Assembly (NCBI GenBank): GCA_000002445.1
Contig: CP000070.1
Span: 2,048,001 to 2,112,000, forward strand
DNA from: Trypanosoma brucei
Taxonomy: Eukaryota
DNA: 64,000 nucleotides
Direction: 5' to 3'
In this document: piece after piece, positions 11,249-20,787 of the stretch
How positions within the stretch are numbered: the stretch's first letter is position 1
Layout: each line of letters begins with the position of its first letter
Position numbers and translations under genes: made by a program
The notes under the pieces: model-generated
What the model was told of the DNA's origin: nothing
Seen by the model: only the letters and a program-made list of their open reading frames with translations
Database searches by the model: none

Positions 11249-11320
11249 TGGACGAGTAGGGGATCAAACCCTAGGCCTTCCGTATGCGAAACGGATGCTC
11301 TACCACTGAGCTACACGCCC
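11249..11320 (-). tRNA. tRNA-Ala (anticodon CGC), 72 nt without CCA, with two non-canonical positions (U6•U67 mismatch and U56 in the T-loop).
   Basis: The minus-strand sequence GGGCGTG-TA-GCTC-AGTGGTA-GAGC-A-TCCGT-TTCGCAT-ACGGA-AGGCC-TAGGG-TTTGATC-CCCTA-CTCGTCC-A folds as a cloverleaf. The A box TAGCTCAGTGG is canonical. The anticodon loop has U33-CGC-A37. The G3:U70 alanine identity pair and the A73 discriminator are present. The B box reads GGTTTGATCC rather than GGTTCGATCC. Confidence 0.7.
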
Positions 11321-12752
11321 CGTAGTGCAATCGGTGCGCTGCATTCGTTTACCGTTGCGTGGCTACAAGCCATAACCGCCACAAGCCACAACATAAAGTG
11401 CGGGGGAGACACAACCGATGCTATCCATCATTACCACCTCCATTCCTTCCCCACCCATCTTGGTTTTGCACACGTGGCTTCTACGGAAGGCTTTTCCACC
11501 ACATATACGGCTGCATTTGCATCGAAAGCATGCGTTGTTGGGTACCAGGCAGCTGCGTATTCTCCAGTTAGTAATGCAATTTCACAAACTCCCACGGAAC
11601 AAGAAGACAACAAGGTATTCGCGCCGGTCCTGTAATGTGTCTCCACTGCTCAAATGGCGTCTCACACATGACCCAGTGCAATCGTGTGCACATGAACAAC
11701 TGGTGTCAATCAGATATTCAGAAGGAAAAATCAAGAGGCCCCGCTTCAGGGGTTGGTAAATAATATTTTTCATAAGGATGTCTCGCAACTCTCGGACTGT
11801 GTGGCGCGGCTGCGGCGTAGAGGAACAGTCATGCATGCAGGACAATCAGCTACGGGAATGAATACCTCCTCTACGGGTGCTGGCAAGCATCTTACTGATA
11901 GGACAAACATGCGTGGAACACATTCAGCTACCATCCTTTTGAGGTAAGCAAGCGACATACAAGGAAACTTTACCCGTGAGTTTGTAGTGATCCACTGCAC
12001 TGTTGGTGCCCTATTTTTGACTCTTCTTTGTTTTGTAGTCCCCTCTATCGTGGACACACCTTGCTTTCCACTCAACAACTACGGTGTATCTACCGCAGTG
12101 GCGGCGCAGCACACATCAACCAAAGAATCAGAGAGAAGAGAATGTGTGACAGTAGTGAATGTGGAATGAAGGGGAAGTTTGACAACAACAACAGTGAAAT
12201 ATTACACATGTAAAACAGTTTGCGAGTAGCCCTGTTGTGGAAAGAAAAGAGGGTACACCGCCCCACACAACACGATATGTCAGCACGCAGTGCAACGGGG
12301 AGGGGAATCCGAATAGCACTACAACGGAAGCACATCACGTGCAATGACAAATATCATCCTTGATGAAACAGGTGACGGTAACATCTCCTCACTTTTCCAT
12401 AGGAGTACTGTCTCGTTTACTCATCTTCCACTTGCTCACTTCGATATTAAGATGTGTGAGAAAACCAACCCAACCCAAGGGCAGCATTTCAGTCTCCTTC
12501 ACAATGACTGTCCATCCCACATCACGCCGCTTTTCCATCCCGAAGTCCGGAAGATCTCCGTTACTTCGTAGTGCTTATTGTGCCAACTCCTCACCACCGC
12601 AACAGATAATGTGTAAAACGATGCCAAGGAAGAACCAACAGAGGTGTAGCGAAGTAAATTGACACACCCAAGCACAAACATATAGCAATTAGGATCAGCT
12701 GACGGTATGGCAAACCAAGGGACCATGGCTGCCACCAACACACGTCAACTCG

Positions 12753-14963
12753 TTACCAACCGTGACGATTCTTAGCGGACTCGAGCACCACGACAGGCGT
12801 ACGCACTGTGTGGATCTTCGGCGGTATCGGCATGTGGTCGCAGACAATCTCCTTGCAGTCAGTGAGTGTGCATGGGACACCGATTATATCATCCAAGCGT
12901 ATTGAGCCACACCGTTCCAGCAGTAACTTCCCAATGGCCTTTTGGGACGCCAGCTTCTTGAGGCCCTCCGCTGCAATAGGGATGGCGCAGAGTCTCAGAA
13001 CGCAAGACCGGATGGCACTTTTGTCGGCACTGATTTTTTCGAGTAACTCGCAGTCACTCAAACTCAACTCCTCGAGAGTCTTTATGGCAAATACAGGATC
13101 AACGTGTGTCAAGTGCTTGGCGTTTCTCACACATAGCGACCGCAGTGCTTCACACCGCGAGAGGTCTTCAATTTCCTTATTCCCCACGAAGGGACCCTCG
13201 AGTATCAACTTGCTGAGCTCCGGCAGCGAGGCGATGGCAGCAAATTCGGAGACGCTGCGCAGCCCACAAATATACAATTCCCTCAGTTTCTTCGGCGATG
13301 CCAACTTCGATACGTTCAGCTCCCCACCACAGTACCAGAGTCGAAGGCACGTGAGATTCGTGGCCGACTCACAAATGGTTTCCAATGTGGTGGTGGAAGC
13401 AGACCCGCTACACAACCCGAGGGTCTCCAATGGAGATCTCCGCCCGGGGAACACCACCTCGGGTGAGTCATCCAAAAACAGCCTGCGTAGATTCCGCAGG
13501 GATGCGATGTCCTTAGAAGTCTTTTTACTGAGTGTCGAGCAGAATCGCAGGTCGACTTCGCTCAGGGATGTGCTGTACAGCTTTCCCACACATTCATCAG
13601 TCACCGCAGTAGCCCGCAATAGGAGCTTCTCCAGCGGTGGCGCACAGTCCACAGGGCCAACAATTCTTGCACGACTGCATAGGCTGAGGTCCAACACCTT
13701 CAGCGACCTCAGGTTGGTCAATGGGCTTATGTCAACAATTTCCTTGTTCCCGCTGAGGATCACCTCCTCGAGCGTAGTGAATGCTGATAGTGCCTTCACA
13801 TCGGCATCCGTTACGCCGCTATTCGTCAGGCGCAACACACGAAGTAACGGCAGCTCGGTTCCCCACTCGAACGTAGAACGAACACCCACATTGTCAAGAC
13901 ATAACTCCACCAATTTCTTGCAGTTTTTCAGTGAGATCTTGCTATGCACCGCCGAGCAATCCCCAAGCCGCAGCACCTTTAACGACACACAATCATGAAA
14001 ATACTCGACAAGTCCATTGCCAACGATAAGGGAGGTTCCGGTAATAACCAATCGTCTGAGAATTGGCCACGTCAGTGTGTCAGTGAAGGCATTCATGTTG
14101 GGACAGTTCTCAATGGTGATGCTATCGAGAAACAGGGCATTCCCTAAGAATTTGGCATCCTGTAACATCGAGATATTCTTCATTACAATCTCACGCAGTT
14201 TCTCAAGGGACTCCACACCTTTCTCCCATTCGTTATCCAGCCGTGTACCATGCAGGATAAGCGTTTGGAGGCAGGGGAATTTACCGATACACGACATGTT
14301 GGCTACAGCACCCGGCCCGATTTCCAACAGGTATAACCCTTGATTGTTGAGTAGCTCGAGGTCCAGGCGTCCACAACACCGTCGGAGGCGCAATTCTCCC
14401 ACATCGCCCTTTAGTGATGAGAGTTCTTTCAGATTAAACCCCGGGTCGTCGACAACAATCACGTCTGCGGGGTCATCACATTCAAGTGGTGCGTTCTTAT
14501 CGCAGTTTATAACTGCCTTCCACGTGACTGGTCGTCTCCGATATTCATCATACTCTTCCCGCAGCTTTTCGTGTTCCGCTGCCACCATATGGACATGATT
14601 GCGCAGTTCTGCGACCTCCTCCCGCAGCTTCTCCACATCTTCATTGGTTACCATTTGTTCCTCACCTTCAGAGCGGCTTCGCTTCGCCATCGCGCCTCCC
14701 CCTTTGCCTTTTGTATTTTTGGTGAGGGAAAGAGTGTGGATTGTGTAAAAAGGTGGAAAGGGCGATTTGAGTGACGTAAGAAAGGAAGGCTTGGGGAAGA
14801 AGTGGAGCTGCACACCCAGCGACTTTGGACAATACAAACGGGTGTAACACTGTGCTGAGAATGCTTTCACCTTCTCTCTGCTTAACTCTCCCCATGCATT
14901 TGGCCGTGAGCACCAGATATCCCTTCGGATGCTGAGAATGGCCTCTGAGGAACTGTGCACCAC
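12753..14963 (-). CDS. Leucine-rich repeat protein with N-terminal coiled coil and ESAG8-type LRRs (LRRP1-like), 736 aa.
   Basis: 736-aa ORF. The N-terminal heptad region is VEKLREEVAELRNHVHMVAAEHEKLREEYDEYRR. It is followed by about 20 repeats of the L..L.L..C..I.D.S.L type, for example LEELSLSDCELLEKISADKSAI and LRVLRLGDCSAVHSKISL. Confidence 0.7.
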   Translation of the reverse strand: MVHSSSEAILSIRRDIWCSRPNAWGELSREKVKAFSAQCYTRLYCPKSLGVQLHFFPKPSFLTSLKSPFPPFYTIHTLSLTKNTKGKGGGAMAKRSRSEGEEQMVTNEDVEKLREEVAELRNHVHMVAAEHEKLREEYDEYRRRPVTWKAVINCDKNAPLECDDPADVIVVDDPGFNLKELSSLKGDVGELRLRRCCGRLDLELLNNQGLYLLEIGPGAVANMSCIGKFPCLQTLILHGTRLDNEWEKGVESLEKLREIVMKNISMLQDAKFLGNALFLDSITIENCPNMNAFTDTLTWPILRRLVITGTSLIVGNGLVEYFHDCVSLKVLRLGDCSAVHSKISLKNCKKLVELCLDNVGVRSTFEWGTELPLLRVLRLTNSGVTDADVKALSAFTTLEEVILSGNKEIVDISPLTNLRSLKVLDLSLCSRARIVGPVDCAPPLEKLLLRATAVTDECVGKLYSTSLSEVDLRFCSTLSKKTSKDIASLRNLRRLFLDDSPEVVFPGRRSPLETLGLCSGSASTTTLETICESATNLTCLRLWYCGGELNVSKLASPKKLRELYICGLRSVSEFAAIASLPELSKLILEGPFVGNKEIEDLSRCEALRSLCVRNAKHLTHVDPVFAIKTLEELSLSDCELLEKISADKSAIRSCVLRLCAIPIAAEGLKKLASQKAIGKLLLERCGSIRLDDIIGVPCTLTDCKEIVCDHMPIPPKIHTVRTPVVVLESAKNRHGW

Positions 14964-15714
14964 TTCTTGGCAAGCGTAGATTCCACCGGAAGTTATTTAG
15001 TGGTTGCGCAAAAATAGGATTGGCGAATGTTTCCGTAGATTGATGCTTTGTTCCCCAGATCTTTCTCTAGTATAAAGTATGTTGAGCACTTACAAATTCG
15101 TACGTTATGTCAAAACCTTCTCATATTTGGTAATTCAGGAGCTTTTTACAAAAAATCTCATTTACCAACACTGTTTTGCATTTTGCAGAGAAGGCAAATA
15201 ACCGCAAAAAATTCTACGCAGACCACATGAGCTTTGGTGGGGCGTAATTTGTACATGTAAAACGTGTACATGGAGTTTACAGTTGTTAAACACATGCACT
15301 GGAAAGCCTCAAACAATAGGAGCAGCAGTAACAAGTAGACGTGCTTGTAATGATGGATGAAAAAGATGTGCTTGTAGCGGAGTGTTGCCGCCCAGTAAAG
15401 CAAGTACCGCCCAAAGATTAATGACCCCCCTTCCCCGAAGATACCGGTGTCGTTACCGCCAAGCGAACCAGTTAAAGCAAAAACAAAAAAAACACAAAAA
15501 AGCGAAGTAAGGCGTACATGCTTACGCTTGTAAAGGGATATAATACATAAAAAATGTAAAAAAGAAGTATGGTAAGTTAAAGGAGGCGGGGGGGGGGAGA
15601 GGGAAAGGAACAAAGGACTGGGTAAATCGTTGTCGTAACAGCTTCTTGTGGTAACTGAGGGCGGGATAACTCAAGAAAAGCAACCTTTTAAAAACTCATC
15701 GGGGTATCTCTGCA

Positions 15715-18700
15715 TTACACTCCGACACTGCCGGGCCGTGTTCGCCGGAACTTTGGCTGCGACAGGCGCTCCGACAAGCAGCGCTGCGCCTCTACGGCTT
15801 TGGGCCCGTGCGGTATCTCTCGGATTAGGACATACGGCCTGCCTTGCTCGTCCAGCTTTACCTCCTCTAAAACCACTACGGAGGTTGACGATGTGTCCTC
15901 ATTCCTTTTCCCCTCCTGTGATATTGTCCGCCTTATACTCCGGCGGCGCAGTAGAGGGGAATCTCCTGTATCCTGCCGCCCTGAACAGCTAAACGCTCGT
16001 GTTGGCTGCCACGTTGATTTTCTTCTCGCCGACGTGGACGAAAGCTCCCTTAGTAGCAGCCTTGTCACATCTGCCGTGCGACGGGTGCCACCGCATGAGC
16101 TTACGCTCATACTGCGCGCAGGATCCGTTCTTTTCGATGGCGTTGGACCCGTTCGATCCCGCCGCCGGTCGTGGGCAGCGCTGAAGTTGGAAGCATGTGG
16201 TGCCCGAACATTCCTAACCGGAGTATTGGACCCGGCGCTTGATGAGCTGCGAGGCCTAAACGCCCAGCGGAGGTCTACTACGGGAATGGCAACGCCGCCC
16301 ACATTTCGCTCGGTGGTGGCTGCTGAGGGATCACTGCCTTCCGGCCCGGTCTTTCTAGAGGTTCCTGTCGGCGCGTCATCCATCCACGAGGCTGAGGTGG
16401 ACAGAGAGCCGGGCACGCGACCACTAATACGCTCATCGCTCACGTGGAGCTTTTCAGCACATTGTCTACGCGAGCGTTGCGATTCTTCCTTACTAGGTGA
16501 CCTGCAAGTTTCCCGTTGTGTCTCGAAAACTGACGGCTTGCACGGAGAAACGTTTGTGGAAAGTTTCTTGTCGGGGGGCACTGTGGAAGATATGCATCCA
16601 TCTGCGTCGATGACCCTCGCTGGTGCCTTCAGGTTACGGTCTCGTTTCAAACCGTCAGCATCTGATGGGGCTGCAGCCATGCCGGCTGGTGTTCTGCGTC
16701 TCTCCGCGCTACTATGACCACTCTCAGCTGCACGGGTTCCCCTTCCCTTGCGTGTCGAGTCCCGTGTCTCATCTTTGGGCTCGGCAGATAGTCTCCGTTC
16801 TTGCATTTGGCTCGCCTTTCGCTGGCTCAGATTTTTATGCAGGTCAGCTGCACCGTCGCCGCGGGCGTGGCTACGTCTACGTGCCATATGGCTGCACCTG
16901 TGCGTGCAGGTTGAGCGGCAACAGCAACAACTGGGTGAGCGGTCGAATGTGTGTGACGCGCGACGTGGGCGGTCTGCCCGGCCCGAATCACTGGAGCGAC
17001 ACCGGTCGCTCGTGTAGTTGTCTCTGGTGCTCATTGAGCGCGAGGACCTCCTTCTTCCACCACTGACGTACCCCATCGAAGACGGAGGAGGAGCACCGGG
17101 CAACAGGAAGTCCAAACAACCTCTGCCGTGCCTCCACGGGGACCTCCTTTCTTCCCCTTCGTGCATGTATCCGGTGCAACGGCCGCCGTGGAGTGCTCGC
17201 CTGGTCGGCGTCCTCATGCAGGTTAAGCGAGAGGACTTGTGCCTACGCGATTCTTCCATCTCTTGCTTAAGCAGAAAGTACAACTTGTACACGTCTGTTG
17301 CACGGAATATAGAGGATGGCGAAGAGGAACGATCGTTATGGGAGGCACCACGGCTACGCCCATGCGCTTTAGTCCTACGTTGCCCCCTGTCGGTGTAACC
17401 GTGCGTGTGGCCTGGCTGATGCCCACCATGCTTGTCTGGTGAAGTTCCCCCCTTGTCACATTTATCTCCCGAATATGATTCCACGGATGCATCGCTGTCG
17501 GTGTCACTGTCTTCTTCCTCTTCCCTCTCGTCTTCGCTGCTGTCGGGTTGCGGTGGCCTCCGTTTCTTATTCTGCCCTACACGGCAATCAACCAATTTGG
17601 AAGCTGAAGGCTTACGCCGTGGCGAAGGTTTCTTCACCGGACTCGAAGTGTCCTTTTCCCTTTCCTTAGTACGACCGCGACTGTGACGATCGTTGGCTCC
17701 TACTGGTGTGGCTCTTTTGCCCGAGCTGGACGGACTGCGATTTGGTTCCCTGCAGTTCGTTGCCGTGCTCTTTACTTCCCGTAGGACCTCCTCACCTCGT
17801 TCGGACGCTATTTCACCGTGGTGGGAACGTGGGGGATGCGTGGACCGCTTATCCTCTCCCCGCGTGCCGCCGTGTTCTCGCTCATCTGTGGCATGTTTTC
17901 TATTCGGTTCGGGACTCTTGGCCTTCTGAATTTCTCGGATTACCCTTCCCGCCCCCGCTCTAGAGGTGTTGACAGTGGGTGACACATCATTACTTACTGT
18001 CTCTTTCTTTTGAAAAGAAGTTACACCACTTCCCGTTGTGGATGCCCCTGTGCCAACACCACTTTTAACCACGGGCTGGGGTGGTGTTGGAGTTTCTTTG
18101 GGGGTGACGGCAGGGGAGGGGATGCGTTCCTTAGTAGGCTGAGTTTCTTCGTGCTTCGTTTTCATTGGGGCGGTGCCCTTTACTGGCGCCGCATGATTTG
18201 CGAAAGGTGCGGGGGTTTCCAAACTTTTGGCCTCAGCTGGAGCTTCTTTGACAACAGGTTCAACATTATCAGCACGTCTCGGTGCCTGCGTTGCGCTACT
18301 TTCCTGATTTCGACCAGTCATACCGCGGCGATCGTCTGACTTTTTTACTTTCTCCGTGGTCGTCGGGATCTCTACTGTTGCCCGCTTCTTGGCCTTCGCG
18401 TCTACCTCCTCGGAGTCCGAATCTGAATCGGAGTTACGGGGGCGGGGCACCGGCATGGACATGATGGGTTTCAGCTGCGCGTTGCGGTTGCGCTGATTAC
18501 CAATACCAACAGCACTGAGTCCGTCACTGCTGCTGCTGTCATCATCTAAAGCTCTTGTTGTAGATAAAGAGGCTGTCGCTCCCTCATCCTTCTGCCTCCT
18601 TTTGTTCGTTTGGTTTTTCTCGTGAGAGGCGGACTGGATCTCCCGGGAGGAAACGGGGTTGGATCTTCGTTTCCCACTGGAACAAGGTGTGTCGGCTGCC

Positions 18701-19671
18701 GGCAGTGTCCTGCTCTGCGTCATGTCAGCAGTATGACGCAAAGGCGATGCCCCACCCGTGCCACCGCTTCCACTTTGCATGACCCTTTGCCTAAAGGGTG
18801 TTGCATTAGCAGATTGAGAGTGTTTCGTAGGATCGACATAACTTGTTCCTGGTGTGGCGTTCGCCAGCATGTTTGAGCGGAACCGCTGCTCGGGGTCCGC
18901 TACAGGCTGTTGTAGCATCGTGTTGTGATTTCGTGCCGCCGGCGCTGATGCCTCTTCTTGTTGCTGCTGTTGCTCCGCATTCCCCTTTTTGTTTCCCTTC
19001 TTGAACACATTAAATATCCCCTTCACGGATCCCCATACTCCCTTTGAACTTGACTTCTTTGAAGCGGATGATTCTGTTGGAGCAGACTCCTGCTCCACTT
19101 TGTCTTCGGTGGTATTTGTGGTGGATGGGGGTGGTGCAACGGGACCGTGAGCAGCGGATCCCTGCTGGGGTTGTAAAGGCATAGTTTGACGCTGGTTGTT
19201 TATGTAAGGGTACAAATGCGTGTTCTGGTGCAGTGGAGGCTGCGAAGCAGGAATCATACCACCTGGGTGCATCAAAATGCCGCTCCTGGAAAGAGGTGCC
19301 GGAGCCCCCGGGTTGTAAGGTTGGACCTGAGACGGGTCCTGCCTGAAAGTCATTGGTCGCATTTGGGGTTGACAGAAGCGTGGGTCCATTCCCTCAGCAA
19401 CTCTAAGTGGGGATTGCTGACTAACGAGCCTTGGGTCTCCTCGCGACAAGTGCCGGACGTTTGGGGCCATTCCCCCGGGACCAACTAACATATAATTCCC
19501 TGGCGGTGGTTGCCCTGGTGGTGCCTGACCAGCGGCCAACCCACCCCGCGGTTGCGCATTCGCTGTTCCATACCCGTGCTGCATCTGCACGGGCACACTT
19601 CCTGGGGGAGCGGAGCCCAACATGTCGGTAAGTGACAGCTCCTTATCCCTTTCCGCCTTCTTTTTTCCCAT
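15715..19671 (-). CDS. Large low-complexity hypothetical protein (1318 aa). The N-terminus is P/Q/G-rich, the body is S/R/P/T-rich with RS-like stretches, and there is a Cys-rich segment.
   Basis: A single 3.96-kb ORF on the same strand as its neighbours. It contains RS-like runs (RRRSSRSMSTRDNYTSDRCRSSDSGRADRPRR) and a CCCCRSTCTHRCSH Cys cluster. No recognisable catalytic motif. Confidence 0.5.
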   Translation of the reverse strand: MGKKKAERDKELSLTDMLGSAPPGSVPVQMQHGYGTANAQPRGGLAAGQAPPGQPPPGNYMLVGPGGMAPNVRHLSRGDPRLVSQQSPLRVAEGMDPRFCQPQMRPMTFRQDPSQVQPYNPGAPAPLSRSGILMHPGGMIPASQPPLHQNTHLYPYINNQRQTMPLQPQQGSAAHGPVAPPPSTTNTTEDKVEQESAPTESSASKKSSSKGVWGSVKGIFNVFKKGNKKGNAEQQQQQEEASAPAARNHNTMLQQPVADPEQRFRSNMLANATPGTSYVDPTKHSQSANATPFRQRVMQSGSGGTGGASPLRHTADMTQSRTLPAADTPCSSGKRRSNPVSSREIQSASHEKNQTNKRRQKDEGATASLSTTRALDDDSSSSDGLSAVGIGNQRNRNAQLKPIMSMPVPRPRNSDSDSDSEEVDAKAKKRATVEIPTTTEKVKKSDDRRGMTGRNQESSATQAPRRADNVEPVVKEAPAEAKSLETPAPFANHAAPVKGTAPMKTKHEETQPTKERIPSPAVTPKETPTPPQPVVKSGVGTGASTTGSGVTSFQKKETVSNDVSPTVNTSRAGAGRVIREIQKAKSPEPNRKHATDEREHGGTRGEDKRSTHPPRSHHGEIASERGEEVLREVKSTATNCREPNRSPSSSGKRATPVGANDRHSRGRTKEREKDTSSPVKKPSPRRKPSASKLVDCRVGQNKKRRPPQPDSSEDEREEEEDSDTDSDASVESYSGDKCDKGGTSPDKHGGHQPGHTHGYTDRGQRRTKAHGRSRGASHNDRSSSPSSIFRATDVYKLYFLLKQEMEESRRHKSSRLTCMRTPTRRALHGGRCTGYMHEGEERRSPWRHGRGCLDFLLPGAPPPSSMGYVSGGRRRSSRSMSTRDNYTSDRCRSSDSGRADRPRRASHTFDRSPSCCCCRSTCTHRCSHMARRRSHARGDGAADLHKNLSQRKASQMQERRLSAEPKDETRDSTRKGRGTRAAESGHSSAERRRTPAGMAAAPSDADGLKRDRNLKAPARVIDADGCISSTVPPDKKLSTNVSPCKPSVFETQRETCRSPSKEESQRSRRQCAEKLHVSDERISGRVPGSLSTSASWMDDAPTGTSRKTGPEGSDPSAATTERNVGGVAIPVVDLRWAFRPRSSSSAGSNTPVRNVRAPHASNFSAAHDRRRDRTGPTPSKRTDPARSMSVSSCGGTRRTADVTRLLLRELSSTSARRKSTWQPTRAFSCSGRQDTGDSPLLRRRSIRRTISQEGKRNEDTSSTSVVVLEEVKLDEQGRPYVLIREIPHGPKAVEAQRCLSERLSQPKFRRTRPGSVGV

Positions 19672-20787
19672 TAAGGAGGCGGCGGAAGAAACCGGAAGAA
19701 AATCGCCCTAAAAGGATTCCCGGCTCTTCCTAGCTCCTCGTATTCCTGGCTTGCACTTCGTATATATTTGTATAAATCTATATCTCTCAGTATAAACAAT
19801 TATGTATATGTGTGTCTATCTATAGTTTACTTTCCTTCTCTGCCTCAGCCTTCCCCCTGGCTGCAGAAGGCTCGAAACAGGTTTACTTAATATATATGTT
19901 TGCAGTGAAGGGTAAAGTGGGAAGAGGGTTAATGTAGAAATGGAAAGGAGGGTGTTTGACTGAACGCCAAACTACTTTCCACGCACACCTCTAAGTAGCA
20001 GAGGAGGAGGGTGTGCAAAAACAAACACACACACACACGCAGAAAAAGGAAGCGGGAAATGGGCCGATACGGTCATTTTTTTTTTCAAAATTAACTTGCT
20101 TATTGCTTCTTAGTTTGTAACTAAAGAAGATGTCTGGGGCGGGGATGGCAACATATAGCCACTCGAATTGTGCAAAGGTTGGCGCGGGGGCGCCCTCTTA
20201 CGCTATACACTTCATTTTTACCTCCTTCATTTTCTGAAGAATTCTGTGCGTAAGGTACAACAAATATCAACATTCAGTTTCTATCGAAACCAACTCAACG
20301 TATGCCTGAAAAAAAAAATATCTATGCGTTCTAACCCCCATACAAATGTCAAAACAAAAAAAAAACACACGTACGGGGCCATGTTTCTATGGCACATATA
20401 TGATAGGAGAACAAAGAAAGCCATTGCTGTCTGCGTCACCCCATTCCACTCCCTCTTTTTCTCCACTCAGCAGCATGCCCTGTGGCGCGGGGGAATGATA
20501 TCTGCTGCGTAAAGATTCTACATTCCTTTCCCTTTCCTCCCTTTCGGCGGCCGCATCAGCTGTTCGGTCGTCACACGTCGTGGAGTGTGTTTGCTCCCAC
20601 CCTCACCAGACAATTGCCGTTTTGTAAGCGGCACCTGGACCGGCCATCTTGTACCATATCCCATCTCCCAATGGAGTACTACGTGATGTCTCGCCATATG
20701 CTTCCCCACTCTCTGACGCTTAAAACGGCGCCACGTATCGGCATGCGTGCGTCATGTGCCACACTTTGGACATTTGTTCGCGACCGC

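Noticed and set aside
12808-13998. 396-aa plus-strand ORF
   Set aside because: It is exactly antisense to the LRR gene (12753-14963). It has Ser/Leu/Arg-rich composition and no motifs. Long antisense ORFs arise by chance opposite codon-biased repeat genes.
15800-16717. 305-aa plus-strand ORF, plus several 60-150-aa ORFs to 19631
   Set aside because: They are antisense to the 1318-aa S/R/P-rich gene. They are a compositional artefact of its strong strand bias.
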